Of a stretch of 64,000 nt of DNA, positions 1-11,588 are shown one piece after another. Position numbers and translations under genes: made by a program. The stretch is from Octopus sinensis (Eukaryota): positions 6,696,001-6,760,000 of the forward strand of contig NC_043003.1 of the NCBI RefSeq assembly GCF_006345805.1, given 5' to 3'. The number at the start of each line of letters is the position of its first letter. The stretch's first letter is position 1. The notes under the pieces were generated by a model. That model did no database searches, was not told the DNA's origin, and saw only the letters and a list, made by a program, of their open reading frames with translations.

Positions 1-680
1 TTTCAAGCGACTCCATTTAATTGAACAATACAATTATTACATCAATTTAAATGCAACGCCATCTTCATCTGCACAAATAAATAAATGGAATTTTAACAAG
101 TAGGACACATTAATATAATTTTGGTTAAATATTTTAACAGGGCAAGAAGATGGAAGAAATTCATATTGTCGTTATTGTATCTAAGAATAGACTACAACTT
201 CTAAGAACCACATGGAGCAGAGTGGATTCATATGGCTGTAAGGGCTGTAATTCATTTCTAATTCATTTATCTCTTATCAACTACTAAAACTAAGATTAGA
301 AGACTGTGTCTACTTTGAATAAACGACAAGCGTGAGTTGACAGCTCATGGCTAGGTATGGACATACATATTATCATATGTATCCCATTTCCCTAGGGTGG
401 AAATAAGGTATTAGGGGTAGTCAGTTGGATATCAGTAACTGTCCATAAAAAGAGGCAAGGTAGGAGTAGACTTTAAATCATGATGTTAATTACCAGATAA
501 TGGTAATTAACATCAAGACGCTAAGAAACCTAAGATGTTAATACAGAGGAAATTATATTTAGGGGCACTATGGTGGGGGGGGTATGTTTATAAACAATAT
601 TGTTATGTTGTATAAAAATAAAATTGAAGAATTTCAAAAATGATATCATAACCCAAAAAAGGTGAAAGGTGTGTATATAT
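1..680 (-). mobile_element. Penelope-like (PLE) AT-rich relic with a degenerate hammerhead motif, truncated by the window edge
   Basis: 1-110 aligns with 56501-56610. The minus strand reads tgcag-ATGAAGA-[stem II]-GAAA, the same motif as at 56486-56573 with core C3 mutated. Confidence 0.5.
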
Positions 681-724
681 TCACCTTAGCTCGAGCTGTG
701 CGGATAATACCGGACTGACTTGGT

Positions 725-1000
725 ATACATACATATATATGTGTATGTATGTTTGATGTATGTATGGTATGTAATATGTATGTATGTTATGATGTATTTA
801 TGTAGTATGTATACATATATATAATATATATATGTATGTATACATATATATATATAATGTATGATGTATACATATATATATATATATGTATGTATGTATG
901 TATAACATATATATATATTATGTATGTATGTGTGTGTGTGTGTGCGTGTGTGTGTGTGTGTGTGTGTGGTGTGTGGTGTTTTGTGTGTGTGTGTGTGCGT
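725..1000. repeat. Compound (TATG)/(TA)/(TG) microsatellite
   Basis: Seen directly; explains the YI/CV-rich ORFs. Confidence 0.95.
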
Positions 1001-1373
1001 GTATTAGAAGACTCGACTTAAGGACTGTGGTCAAGTCCCACTCGTTAAAGGCCTTTGAATATGCCAGGCACTGACTGGGAGAACAATGCCTGTCATCGCC
1101 ACAGATAGAGGAGTCAGGTTAAGAGAGGGATCGACACTTTTGAGAGAGCACCTATCCAGCATGAAGAACTTAAGCGAGCTGCGCGAAAGCGCACGGCTCG
1201 TATAGTGAATGGGGAAAGCTTGGTCTGCAATGTTTGCAGTCGTGTATGCTTGTCAAGAGCAGGGCTCATTAGCCACCAACGGAGCCGCAAATGCAAAATA
1301 TTAGTCCTAAAGCGTACAATGTTCCTGAAGGTCGGCAATGTCTTCCAGGGTCACGAGTGGATAGCCATCATCA
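1001..1373 (+). mobile_element. RTE-clade LINE 3' fragment with C-terminal C2H2 zinc finger
   Basis: CNVCSRVCLSRAGLISHQRS motif typical of RTE ORF C-termini, followed by a (CAT)n tail. Confidence 0.7.
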
Positions 1374-1674
1374 TTTATACATATATATATAAACAATTCA
1401 AATAAACGAATAAAAAAACGTAAAAAAATGAACGTGAGACGGTGCACAAGGAATATATTAGCTTGACGCTCGGTGAAAGGAAAAAGTTTGAGGTTTCGAG
1501 CCTAGCTCTTCGCCGGAAAGGAGAAAGGGAAAAGTCCGAAGAGGGGAGAAGAAATCGCCAACGGTACACGGGCAGTTACATTGCTATATACTCGTGTGTT
1601 TGTTGTGACCTGGGGTTAAATAGATAAATTTAACCACATAAATACCAGCTTCGGAGTCATGAATGGAAGGTATC

Positions 1675-1855
1675 TGGTGGTGGTGGTGGTGGTGTGGTGG
1701 TGGTGACGGTGGTGACGGTGGTGGTGGTGGTGGTGGTGTTGGTGGTGGTGGTGGTGGTTGTGGTGGTGGTGACGGTGTTGGCGTTGGTGGAGGTTGTGGC
1801 GGTGGTGACGGTGGTTGTAGTGGTGGTGACGGTGGTTGTGGTGGTGGTGGTGATG
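1675..1855. repeat. Degenerate (GGT)n trinucleotide microsatellite
   Basis: Seen directly; source of the poly-G/P/T/V ORFs. Confidence 0.95.
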
Positions 1856-2138
1856 GCAACAGCTGTGAGGGCGGGGGTTGGCATCAGTGGTGGTGCTTGG
1901 TCGTTTCCCTCACACAAGTAGTATTTCCGTTTGGAAATTAAAAAATTCACAAAGAAAAGAGTTGTTTGGCGATGTGACTGAGAGAGCAGTTATGGTAATT
2001 ATGTGTGTATGTGTGTGTGTGACTGTGTGTGCGTGCCTGAGAGAGAGAGAGAGAGGAGACAGACAGGTTTAATGAGGCAAACATGCAAATGTGGATCTTC
2101 ATACGACGAGGCAATAATACAGAAAAACATGCATTATA

Positions 2139-2182
<44 letters not shown>

Positions 2183-2689
2183 GTGTGTGTGTGCGTGTGT
2201 GTGTGTATGTGTATGTGTGTGTTTAAAAAGTAAAAATAACTGAGTCGATAATAATATAGTCTGCTCAATATGCTATGAATAGCAGTCAAATGTCCCGCTT
2301 TACACAACCCGGTATTTAAAAAGGTATACATTAGATATTGTAGGATTGTACAGCCACGGTTGGAACGACGAGCTCTGCTGGACCAAACGTGACCGGGAGT
2401 TAATCAACAATAATTAAAAGCAACTTCAGAGAATACAATTAACAAACAAATAAATTAAAAACAACCTCATTTATTCATAAATTAATTAATAGGCTACACA
2501 ATCACAAATTATGCAAATTAGGAATTCAATTATACACACACACACACACATTTGAAATATGGAGATTTAGTTCACAGGTGATCTAAAGGACTAGGTACCC
2601 TAGGTAAGTGCTGTAACGGGTTACTACAATGGCTCCTTAACTACCAGGGCGGTAGTTATAGCGCCATTGTAGTTTTCCGATATAGCGGT

Positions 2690-2690
<1 letters not shown>

Positions 2691-2724
<34 letters not shown>

Positions 2725-2990
2725 CATTGTGTACAGTGCTCAGGTGCACTACAACTCATCTAAAGTGTATATATAATCAGGTGTATTTTCGGCGGATTTC
2801 GGAAAGCATGAGGGCCTTAAAGGATGCAGTGTCATGGCAGTCAACAACTGACGCAGGCAGTTTGTTCCATGCTTCAGCAACTCTGAGCGTGAAAAAATGT
2901 TTCCGAAAGTCATGGGAGCTGTGTTGTTTTCTAACTTTGTAGGCATGTCCACGTGTGTTAGACACATGAAGATCAAAAAGGTGTTCAGTT
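2691..2990 (-). mobile_element. CR1-like LINE 3' end with (TAT)n tail
   Basis: TRGHAYKVRKQHSSHDFRKHFFTLRVAEAWNKLP matches the CR1 ORF2 C-terminal pattern (RGH..K....R..FF..RV...WN.LP). Same family at 48270 and 57408. Confidence 0.8.
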
Positions 2991-3076
2991 ATATAATTGT
3001 TAAAAAGGACAACGAACGTTAAGGCAAGACAAACATCTCAAGTCATAAACGTAATTATTATTGGAAAAAAATCAAA

Positions 3077-3132
3077 GTCTTACAGCTGTTTCTGGGATAT
3101 CCCAGAGTATGGGATATTCCGTCATCGGAAAC
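3077..3132 (-). ncRNA. Type I hammerhead ribozyme-like motif (U4C core variant)
   Basis: Minus strand: gttt-CCGATGA-c-ggaatatccca(tactc)tgggatatccc-a-GAAAC-AGCT-GTA-agac. Stems I and II pair; stem III has a palindromic AGCT loop. Confidence 0.6.
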
Positions 3133-3592
3133 AAATAAGGAAAATGAAAAGAGTATAGATTAATGAAATGACGACACATTCTGTTATTAAACGTTAATAC
3201 GTTCGAGTCTATTTCCGGATATTTAGATTACTTGGACGTTAACTTACATGGATTTATACAGGATTGCACCTAAGGACTTACGGTCTTACTTCTACATAGT
3301 CGCAAAGTTGAACCGTGAACTTTTGTGCTTTTTTTCTTCTCTTTCGTCTTATTCCTTTTCTCCAGTCCTCGCCATTTCATTAATCTATACTCTTCTCATA
3401 TATATTGAAATGGCGGTGCCCCAGCATGGCCACAGCTCATTAGCTGAAACTGGAAAAATCAAAATCAAAATCATAAGTTCAGCAAAAATTCAGATTAGAA
3501 TGAATATGGTACTTAATTTAGATGCACCAGAATTCTGTATGGTGTTATCCATATAAATCCGTGGGGTGATTATAAACAAAATAAACAACAAG

Positions 3593-4420
3593 GGACTTTG
3601 CACCAGCCACAGATTTGGTCTGTGGCACTTAGCAAGCTGTCTTGCAGGAATTCCCAGTTGCCCTCTCTGTCACAAGTTTGTAGCTCCTCCTCCCTCTCAT
3701 CAAATTTCTCAATTAGGATGTCCCTAAATCCCTGGCCATATGAAGGGTCCTTAAGCTTCCAGATCAGTTTGCTTCTTGGCATCCTTCTGGCCTGAAGTCT
3801 AAAATGCATTTAAGAGAAGCCATGCATCCCGCTGTCTTATGAGAATGAAATCTATCCGGCCAGACATGTTATCAGGTGTCCGGCTGGCTTTCTGAAGTTG
3901 GTGTTGCAGATCAGAAGGTTATTTGTATCATAGAACTCTAGTAGCCTAGTTCCCTCTTCGTTTCAGGAACCAATTCCATGGCTCCCATGAACACCATGGG
4001 AGATACCAGACTGCCCTACGACATGCCCATTGAAATCCCCAGCCACGAAGATGAGATCATTGTTACTTGTCTTGGAGGTAGCCTGCAGAAGAATATCATA
4101 AAAGTGGTCCTTCCCTTCATTTGGTAGGCCCGCTTGTGGGGCGTATGCAGATATAATTGTAGCTATACTATTCTGCAAGACTAGCCTGAGCTTAAGCACT
4201 CTATCGCATACTCTAACTATCTCTGACCTCCTCCACCCATTTCTCAGCAAGGAGTATGTACACACCACCTACTCCGTCACTGTTACCTTCCCAGAAGATT
4301 TTATACCTATACGTCTTGCCTGTGAGGAGCCTGGCTGAAGCTCCTCTCCACCTTACCACTTGGATGCAACATATATCATCAACATGCCTCCTTTCAAGCA
4401 TCTCTAGAATCTCGTTTACG
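3593..4420 (-). mobile_element. RTE LINE fragment (APE endonuclease region), degenerate
   Basis: IISAYAPQAG, VAGDFNGHV and CCIQVVRWRG endonuclease motifs; homologous to 60560-61500. Confidence 0.9.
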
Positions 4421-4861
4421 AAGTTAATTTCAGGATCGTTTAGCATATTAGTAATACAAGTTGAATAAATGAAGAGAAATGATGAACGATTAAAAAGCGA
4501 GAGAATTTCTTAGCGGTCGGACATTTTGCATTGTGATATGGTGATGTCAAATAGCAGGGAATAAGGTTGGAGACGAAAGCCATGTGATTTATAGCTTTGT
4601 AGCCAAGGGTTGGTCAAGGGAATAGAAATAGCAGCAAAGGACAATAGTGAAGTGGAAGAAAAGAAAATGGCTAGCTTCACCACAAGAAAATCGAAAGATG
4701 AGCATGTTAATATTACAATATATATACACATATATAAAAAATACAAAATGGGACAAGAACGCAAAACATCCAAATAGACGATACAAAAAACACGGACGGG
4801 TCATTCGAAGCCCTTAATCTTCAGTCAAGAACCGGATCATCCTTGCAATTTCGGCTAATAT

Positions 4862-4977
<116 letters not shown>

Positions 4978-5798
4978 CAAGTAGGTGAATGAATTATCCT
5001 ATGTTTATCGTCAGCATGGAAAATGCACCCTTTATTCCTTCGGAATGAAAATATGCTGTCTTCGAAACATGTGTCGAGAGTAAAGGAATTTTGTTAACAT
5101 CGTTCGACTCCATTCTTTCATTTATATATATATATATATTTATTTATTTATTTATTGGGGGTGATTGTAAAGATAACATGCAAATATTGAATACACACAC
5201 ATAGTCACAGACTTTAACTTAAAGTTTGCTAGTAAGCACTACGCACAACATTGTTTTTCGAAGGAAAAAAAGGTTCAGGATATAAACATTATTTCGTTTT
5301 GTTGTTGTTGCTGCTGTAATTTTGAAATTAATATTTTCATCATCCTGTTAACCTGGATTAAGGTTCAATGTGTGTCTGTGTAAAACTAATGAGAAATATT
5401 AATTCTTTATTTCAAATCAGTAAAGACAATATCACTGGTAGTGTTTCGATTAGTCTCGCAAACAGGGGAAACAATATGAGAGCTGTTGACGCCTTATTGG
5501 ACCTCGTTAACATAGTCCTAATTTCAACAGAGAAGGAGAGAGAAAGTGATGGCTGCAGAGGATCGCAGCAGATGTGTTTAGTAATGTTATGTCTGAGGTG
5601 AAACATTTGAACAAAATGCAAATACTAATCCTTCCTCTCAATGGATTTAAAATCGAGAAACCATATGCGAGTAATGGAATTCCAATAACATCAGTTTTAG
5701 ACACTGCAGACGACATAAATTTGAAGCGATATATGGTCTTGTTTCAAGCACAGTATAACTTGGACTACAAGATGCCAGGTCTATCTTTTTCATTTTTT

Positions 5799-5943
5799 GG
5801 GGGGGGGGTACCGTGCGATGTGTTTTCAGGAAGTAAAGTTTGTTTATATACATAAACAACCTGGGGGGGGGGGGTACCGTGCGATGTGTTTTCAGGAAGT
5901 AAAGTTTGTTTATATACATAAACAACCTGGGGGGGGGGGGGGG
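5799..5943. repeat. Exact tandem duplication of a 54-bp core (66-bp period) bounded by G10, G12 and G15 runs
   Basis: taccgtgcgatg...cataaacaacct at 5809-5862 and 5875-5928. Confidence 0.9.
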
Positions 5944-8657
5944 TACAAACAGGAAGGGGCAACAAAGAAACGACATTCTTGAAATCCCAGAACGTTTCCA
6001 AAAATTGTAAAATGGTAATTAATCCAGTTTGATTTTGATTAATCACTTTCGTAAAAATGACTAATTTGGGTGAACGTAACTATGGAGTTTCTTCCGGTTT
6101 GCACCGATTTAATAACTCTACCAGGTTTGGCTGCTATTTCTAGCAGGTTATTTAACTGCCCCCCCCCCACATCAAACCTCGAGCAATTCTGTAATAAAAG
6201 GCCCTCCAGCTGTGACCATGCCGTCTAAGACTACAATATTTCTTAAGATTTAGTTGTTATGTCTGACAGGTTTGTTATGTCTAACCACTTGCACCTTACT
6301 TCACTGGCAATGTTGTGTTAGTCTAGACCCGCCACAACCGTAACTCCTGTGTCCCTGTTTCCACCACTACCACAACTGTTACATATACCCGTGTCACCAC
6401 CGACATCCTGTCGTCGCCGCCGCCACCACCATCACCAACCTGCTCCACACACACACACGCACGCACGCACATACAGACGGTGTGTTGAGGAATGTCAACC
6501 AAATACCAAATTTATTTCTATTATTAAACGTGAGAGTGGGAGTGAAGGAAGTGAACGTAGGAGCGTGAGTGAGAGGAGTAGGAAAGGGTGGCGGTGAGAG
6601 TAAACGAAAGACGAGGAGGGGGAGGGGAGGGGGGATGGTTAAAAAGAAACTTTTTTTTTTTTTTCAAACGCGTAATTTAAACTAAGCGAAATAAAACACG
6701 TAGGTGGTTGTCATTAACATCATCTGAGAGAGAAACCAGTCGATTTAAGTGGCTAGAAACAACAGCGATATCATCTCCCTCACATAACAAAACATTATTT
6801 CAAAACAAAAAAAAACAACAAAAAAAAACAATGGACAGTATGATTTCTACGACTTCATTATTTTATATATTGCAAATAAAAATTGGGACAGTCACGGGTG
6901 GAATGTTTAGATATAGTTTAGACAAAGTGTTTATAATTTCACAGTAAGGGAAAATTCGGATAAGGGACTCGAGACTCACCTGCTAGAAATAGCAATGCAA
7001 TAACCCTCAAATGCCCACGATGGCAATGTAGCTAATTGCGTCGTGGTCGGGGAAAATGATAAACAAAAATGCATTTGACATGGAGAGTTAAGACTAAAGA
7101 AAAAAGATTTACAAAATTATTGTTTATTAATTAATTAATTATTGTTGGAATACAATTAAATAATGAATGACACGTTTTACAAATTACTTTTAAAACTCGT
7201 GGGGGCGCGCGGGGGGTAGCGTGGCAGAAGCCACTGCTCCAGCTTGTTAAAACCATGAACTTTACCACTATTAAACATGCGATGGCCACGGTTGGAATGC
7301 ATATACGTGATTAATAGCTTTGCTTGATCAGAATTGGTTCGAGATTGACTTTCAGTTAATCAAAAAAAAATAAACGAAAAACTTTAAACTTCTTCAAATA
7401 ATTTGTGTGTGTGTGTGCTTGTATGTACTATCGCCAGTTAGGTATGCTTGTCCACATGTGTTTGTGGTGAGTGATTTTTTTTTTTTTTTCTCTGGGTTAT
7501 TTAAATTTGTTCTACATTAATCATATTGACTAATGACACATCTAAAAATACCTCCTGGAAAGGTTCGCGTTAGGCGCGCACGCGTGTCTGGTTACACACC
7601 TCCATCGGAGTCGACCTGGGCTTAAACAACAACACAAAAAGTTGAAGAAAATGTCTTGGTGTCGGAATTTGGCAGGAAAAAAAGTGAAGTGTCGGGTTTT
7701 CTTTTTATTCAGATTAAAATAGGTACAAAACGTAGAGTCGTTAAAAGTTGGTCATTTATACAAAAATAAACTTTTCAGCAGGATTTTGTTTACTGTTAAT
7801 TTTTATATATTTTTTTTTAATCTTTTGTCGCAAATGTTCGATAATGAAGGATCCGTTCATTCATAGTTTCGTTTGATAGAATAATTTTACAATCAACATA
7901 CTTTATACACAACGGCAATTACCTCACCGGTTTTGAAGGGCCTGTGGGTGAAGACCACGGGCCCAGCATCTCCTCCCGTTTAGAAAAAAAAAATGTTGTG
8001 CAGTTTCTACTGGACAGATTTTGATGCTAGCGATCTCCACAACAATAAAAAGTAGAAAGATGAGTCAGGTGAAGAGGTGGAGGGCATCAGTGTTAAACGT
8101 TAAAGTCTCACCTGACGTGGTCAGGTGAAGTCATTGATAGACGTGACCAAACAGGAGATAAACGAAACGATTTGAAAGATAACCTGACTTACCGCAAAAA
8201 CATTCCACCTTGTCATTGTTGTCGAGGATAGCAACAATAAAACTGACATAAATAAGATGGGTTTTTTTAAGCATTTACGTTTACACGCACGCACACACGT
8301 CTGTGTCTGTTATGTGTATGTGTGTGTGTATATATATTCAGTCCAGCGACTGAAATATACATGCATTCATGTATGTGTGTGTGCGTGTTTTCAGTCTGTT
8401 CCTTGCTGGAGATAAGCAATCGTTAACAACAAACCCTGACATCGAAGTGAGTTTAAAAATCATGGTTTTCAACAAACTCTGAATGTACTACTGAGTACCA
8501 TCTATATATACATATGTATAGGTAACTGGACTGCAACCATGCTGGGGTACCACCTTTGCGGGTCTACTCATATACAATAACATCAATTTGTCGAACCGAT
8601 AGTTCTGGGACATAACATGAATACCAAATGTTGTTAAACCGTTGTAAATATAAACAC

Positions 8658-8725
<68 letters not shown>

Positions 8726-9224
8726 GCGTGAGTGACGGGCATCGGTACAGTTTCCGTACCCCAATTCTACCCTCAGAAGTTATAGGTCAACCGGAAGCAG
8801 TCGTAGAAGACCTTTGACCAAAAGATCGATTATGGAATCACGTGCTTTCCTACTGAACTCCAGAATTCCTCTTACATGTGTCTGTTATAGTACAAATATA
8901 GAAAAAGAAGATATATTGTGTTGTTGTTGTTTTGGCTGTTGACGCAGAAAAGTTGTTTGGCCTCAGGTAAATTCATGAGAAACCAAATTTAACTTCAAAA
9001 GTTCGATTACCACTTTTTAGGAGTTTTTGTTTTTTTTTACAGATTTCTCAGTTAATTTTATGGCATTGGTGGTTTATCAGATTGTAAATTCCAATAAGAA
9101 CTTTATTTCCTTTGTTGTAGTGGATAAATAAATTTTTCTAGTTTAAATATTTCCATAGTATCTTAAATAAACTTCTGCTCCGTCCACGGGGCTAGACAAA
9201 GTTCGTGTGTGTGTGTGTGAGTAT

Positions 9225-10244
9225 TTACATGTGCAATTTCTCTCGTAAAGCTCTTATATGGAGTTCAGTAACAAAAATCACAGCAATTAAGACGGGCCAG
9301 CCGATGTAAAGGATAAATGTGAGGAATTCCCAGACTTTATCTATAAAAATAGCAAACAAAACCATCTGAAGTAAAGCTATGGCTGCGGAGTATCGCCACA
9401 ACAAAAATATAATAGATGTACTGGAAGAGTGTAGCAATTCTACCTGAAGAGCAGCTTGTGCGGGATCTTTGATTGGAACTTGGAGGATAGCTGAGAGTCT
9501 GGCTACACTTTTGTCCCACATGGCAGCCGCGAGAAGTAATTGCATACCAAATGAAAAGCAACGAAAAAAAGCCGTGAATTTGCTCACATGTCCATTTTGT
9601 TTTTCAGTAATTGTAGCAGCCCCGTTTGGACTGTCCATCAGTAGGTCAGTTTTTGTCCAAGGTAAGGTATTTTGTTGTCTTTTAGAGGGGGGGTTACGGC
9701 ACAAATTAACGGCCAGTCCTATACAGAGCGCCGTGCCACCAATCGTGTCACACGCACCGTCGATAACGTAACCCACAGAGGAGCGATGCGATTGAAATAA
9801 ATGCACTTTACCTGCTCTTGCACGGTAGACTATTCCATCAAGCGTGTCCAACAGACCGTGCATCTGGAAGACCAACACGGCAATCCGACGGGTGTATAAG
9901 GAAGGTGAACTGACGAGTTTACCAGACAATATAGTGAGGCACATGTGGAAAATACTTATCATGTTTGGAGTAATGAAGTAAAAAACACCACTGAATCCGG
10001 TGAGTTCATCAAAAAATTCCATGAGTGGACTTGTAATCCAGTGGTCGAGCGGATCCGTCATTAGCAGTTTCACGGTAAGAGGACGGAAGGGCGAGTACAT
10101 GCCGTCGTTCTTTTCGCAGAGTACGCTGTTCTGTAGAGTTACGTAGAGGATAATATCCATGACGAGAAAATAAATAGCTACAATGAACAAAACTATGTAA
10201 AAAACATGTTTGGAAGTTCGTAAGTTTGTTGGTAAGTTCGTCAT
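9225..10244 (-). CDS. Cpes: Ceramide phosphoethanolamine synthase-like CDP-alcohol phosphotransferase, intronless, multi-pass membrane protein
   Basis: 339-aa ORF with the CDP-alcohol phosphotransferase signature DTLDGIVYR...GYVIDGACD preceded by ITPNMIS. The N-terminal TM and KLLMTDPLDHWI block resemble invertebrate Cpes. aaaATG start context and CpG-rich upstream region. Confidence 0.85.
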   Translation of the reverse strand: MTNLPTNLRTSKHVFYIVLFIVAIYFLVMDIILYVTLQNSVLCEKNDGMYSPFRPLTVKLLMTDPLDHWITSPLMEFFDELTGFSGVFYFITPNMISIFHMCLTILSGKLVSSPSLYTRRIAVLVFQMHGLLDTLDGIVYRARAGKVHLFQSHRSSVGYVIDGACDTIGGTALCIGLAVNLCRNPPSKRQQNTLPWTKTDLLMDSPNGAATITEKQNGHVSKFTAFFRCFSFGMQLLLAAAMWDKSVARLSAILQVPIKDPAQAALQVELLHSSSTSIIFLLWRYSAAIALLQMVLFAIFIDKVWEFLTFILYIGWPVLIAVIFVTELHIRALREKLHM

Positions 10245-10723
10245 TTTGGCAATTAATTTGTTGGCAAACTGGGTTTAACATGAGTTGGGGGGGAGGGGGA
10301 AGAAAAGTTTAAAAGTTTAGAAATCGACGAAGTAAGAGCGACGGAGACGGCAGAGGCCTCTCACAACTTTTGTTGTTTATCGGACACGCAAACTGTTCTG
10401 AATGTGAGTGACTCGAGGCCCACCCTTCCCCCACACCACCAACCACCTCTCTCTCACAACTCACTTTACGCCTCCACTTACCTCCTCTTGTTCACATGGC
10501 AACACTTACTCACGCACTGTTTACATTCAGTTATCTCCCATTTGTCGCTAGATGGCAGGAGCTTATTCTCTGTAAAATCAATGAGAAGCATTCAGTTGGG
10601 CAGAAGTGCTTCTACGGAATGCTTCCAAGTCTGCAGCCTGCGAGCTTGATGGGCCATTTACATACAAACCGTTACCCAGACTAAATAAATATATATATAT
10701 AAAAAAAAAGCTATGGCAATTCA

Positions 10724-11090
10724 TATGGATGGAAGCACTCCGTCGGTTACGACGACGAGGGTTCCGGTTGATCCGAATCAACGGAACAGCCTGCTCTTGA
10801 AATTAACGTGTAAGTGGCTGAGCACTCCACAGACACGTGCACCCTTAACGTAATTCTCGGGGATATTCAGCGTGACACAGAGAGTGACAAGGCCGGCCCT
10901 TTGAAATACAGGTACAACAGAAACAGGAAGTAAGAGTGAGAGAAAGTTGTGGTGAAAGAGTACAGCAGGGATCACCACCATCCCCTGTCGGAGCTTTAGG
11001 TGTTTTCGCTCAATAAACACTCACAACGCCCGATCTGGGAATCGAAACCGCGAGTCCGCTGCCCTAACCACTGGGCCATTGCGCCTCCAC
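10724..11090 (-). mobile_element. tRNA-derived SINE, family C (my label)
   Basis: Minus-strand head ggaggcgcaatggcccagtggttagg (A box) and ggtttcgattccc (B box). Close copy at 24267-24657; related copies near 16428, 22395 and 48895. Confidence 0.85.
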
Positions 11091-11394
11091 GGCAATTCAT
11101 ATATAACACCAACCACAGATCTGCTTGTTTCCTCATCTTTTTTTTTACAGCAATTACAACGGCTTCTGTTCCTCTCAACTGGCAAACTATGTCGCAACTC
11201 CCTCTTATTACTAACACAGACGCAAGGAGAGAGACCTCAGCATATCGCTGGTACTTTATCTGTTAATGAAAAGCAAAGGACATGACTGCAGCGTAAACAA
11301 ATTTAATTTCCACAAAGGTGATCTCAGGTTCAATACTATAAACTAAGCAACTTCAGTGTCTGCTGGCAGAGTTTTATCCTCATCATTATTATTA

Positions 11395-11588
11395 AGGCAG
11401 CGAGCTGGCAGAAGCGTTAGCACGCCGGGCGAAATGCGTAGCCGTATTTCATTTGCCGCTACGTTCTGAATTCAAATTCCGCCGAGGTCGATTTTGCCTT
11501 TCATCCTTTCGGGGGCGATAAATTAAGTACCAGTTATGCACCGTTTGTCCCCTCTGTGTTTAGCCCCTTGTGGGTAGTAAAGAAATAG
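11395..11588 (+). mobile_element. SINE family B (my label)
   Basis: ggcagcgagctggcagaagcgttagcacgccgggcg...agtaaagaaatag; many copies in the window. Confidence 0.85.

Noticed and set aside
836-1074. Cys/Val/Tyr/Ile-rich ORFs (also 8488-8764 and 57738-58343)
   Set aside because: Translations of dinucleotide microsatellites.
1584-1950. Pro-, Gly-, Thr- and Val-rich ORFs in several frames
   Set aside because: Translation artefacts of a (GGT)n microsatellite.
4791-4830. Possible hammerhead on the minus strand (CTGAAGA...GAAT...GTC)
   Set aside because: GAAA is replaced by GAAT and there is no convincing stem I, II or III.
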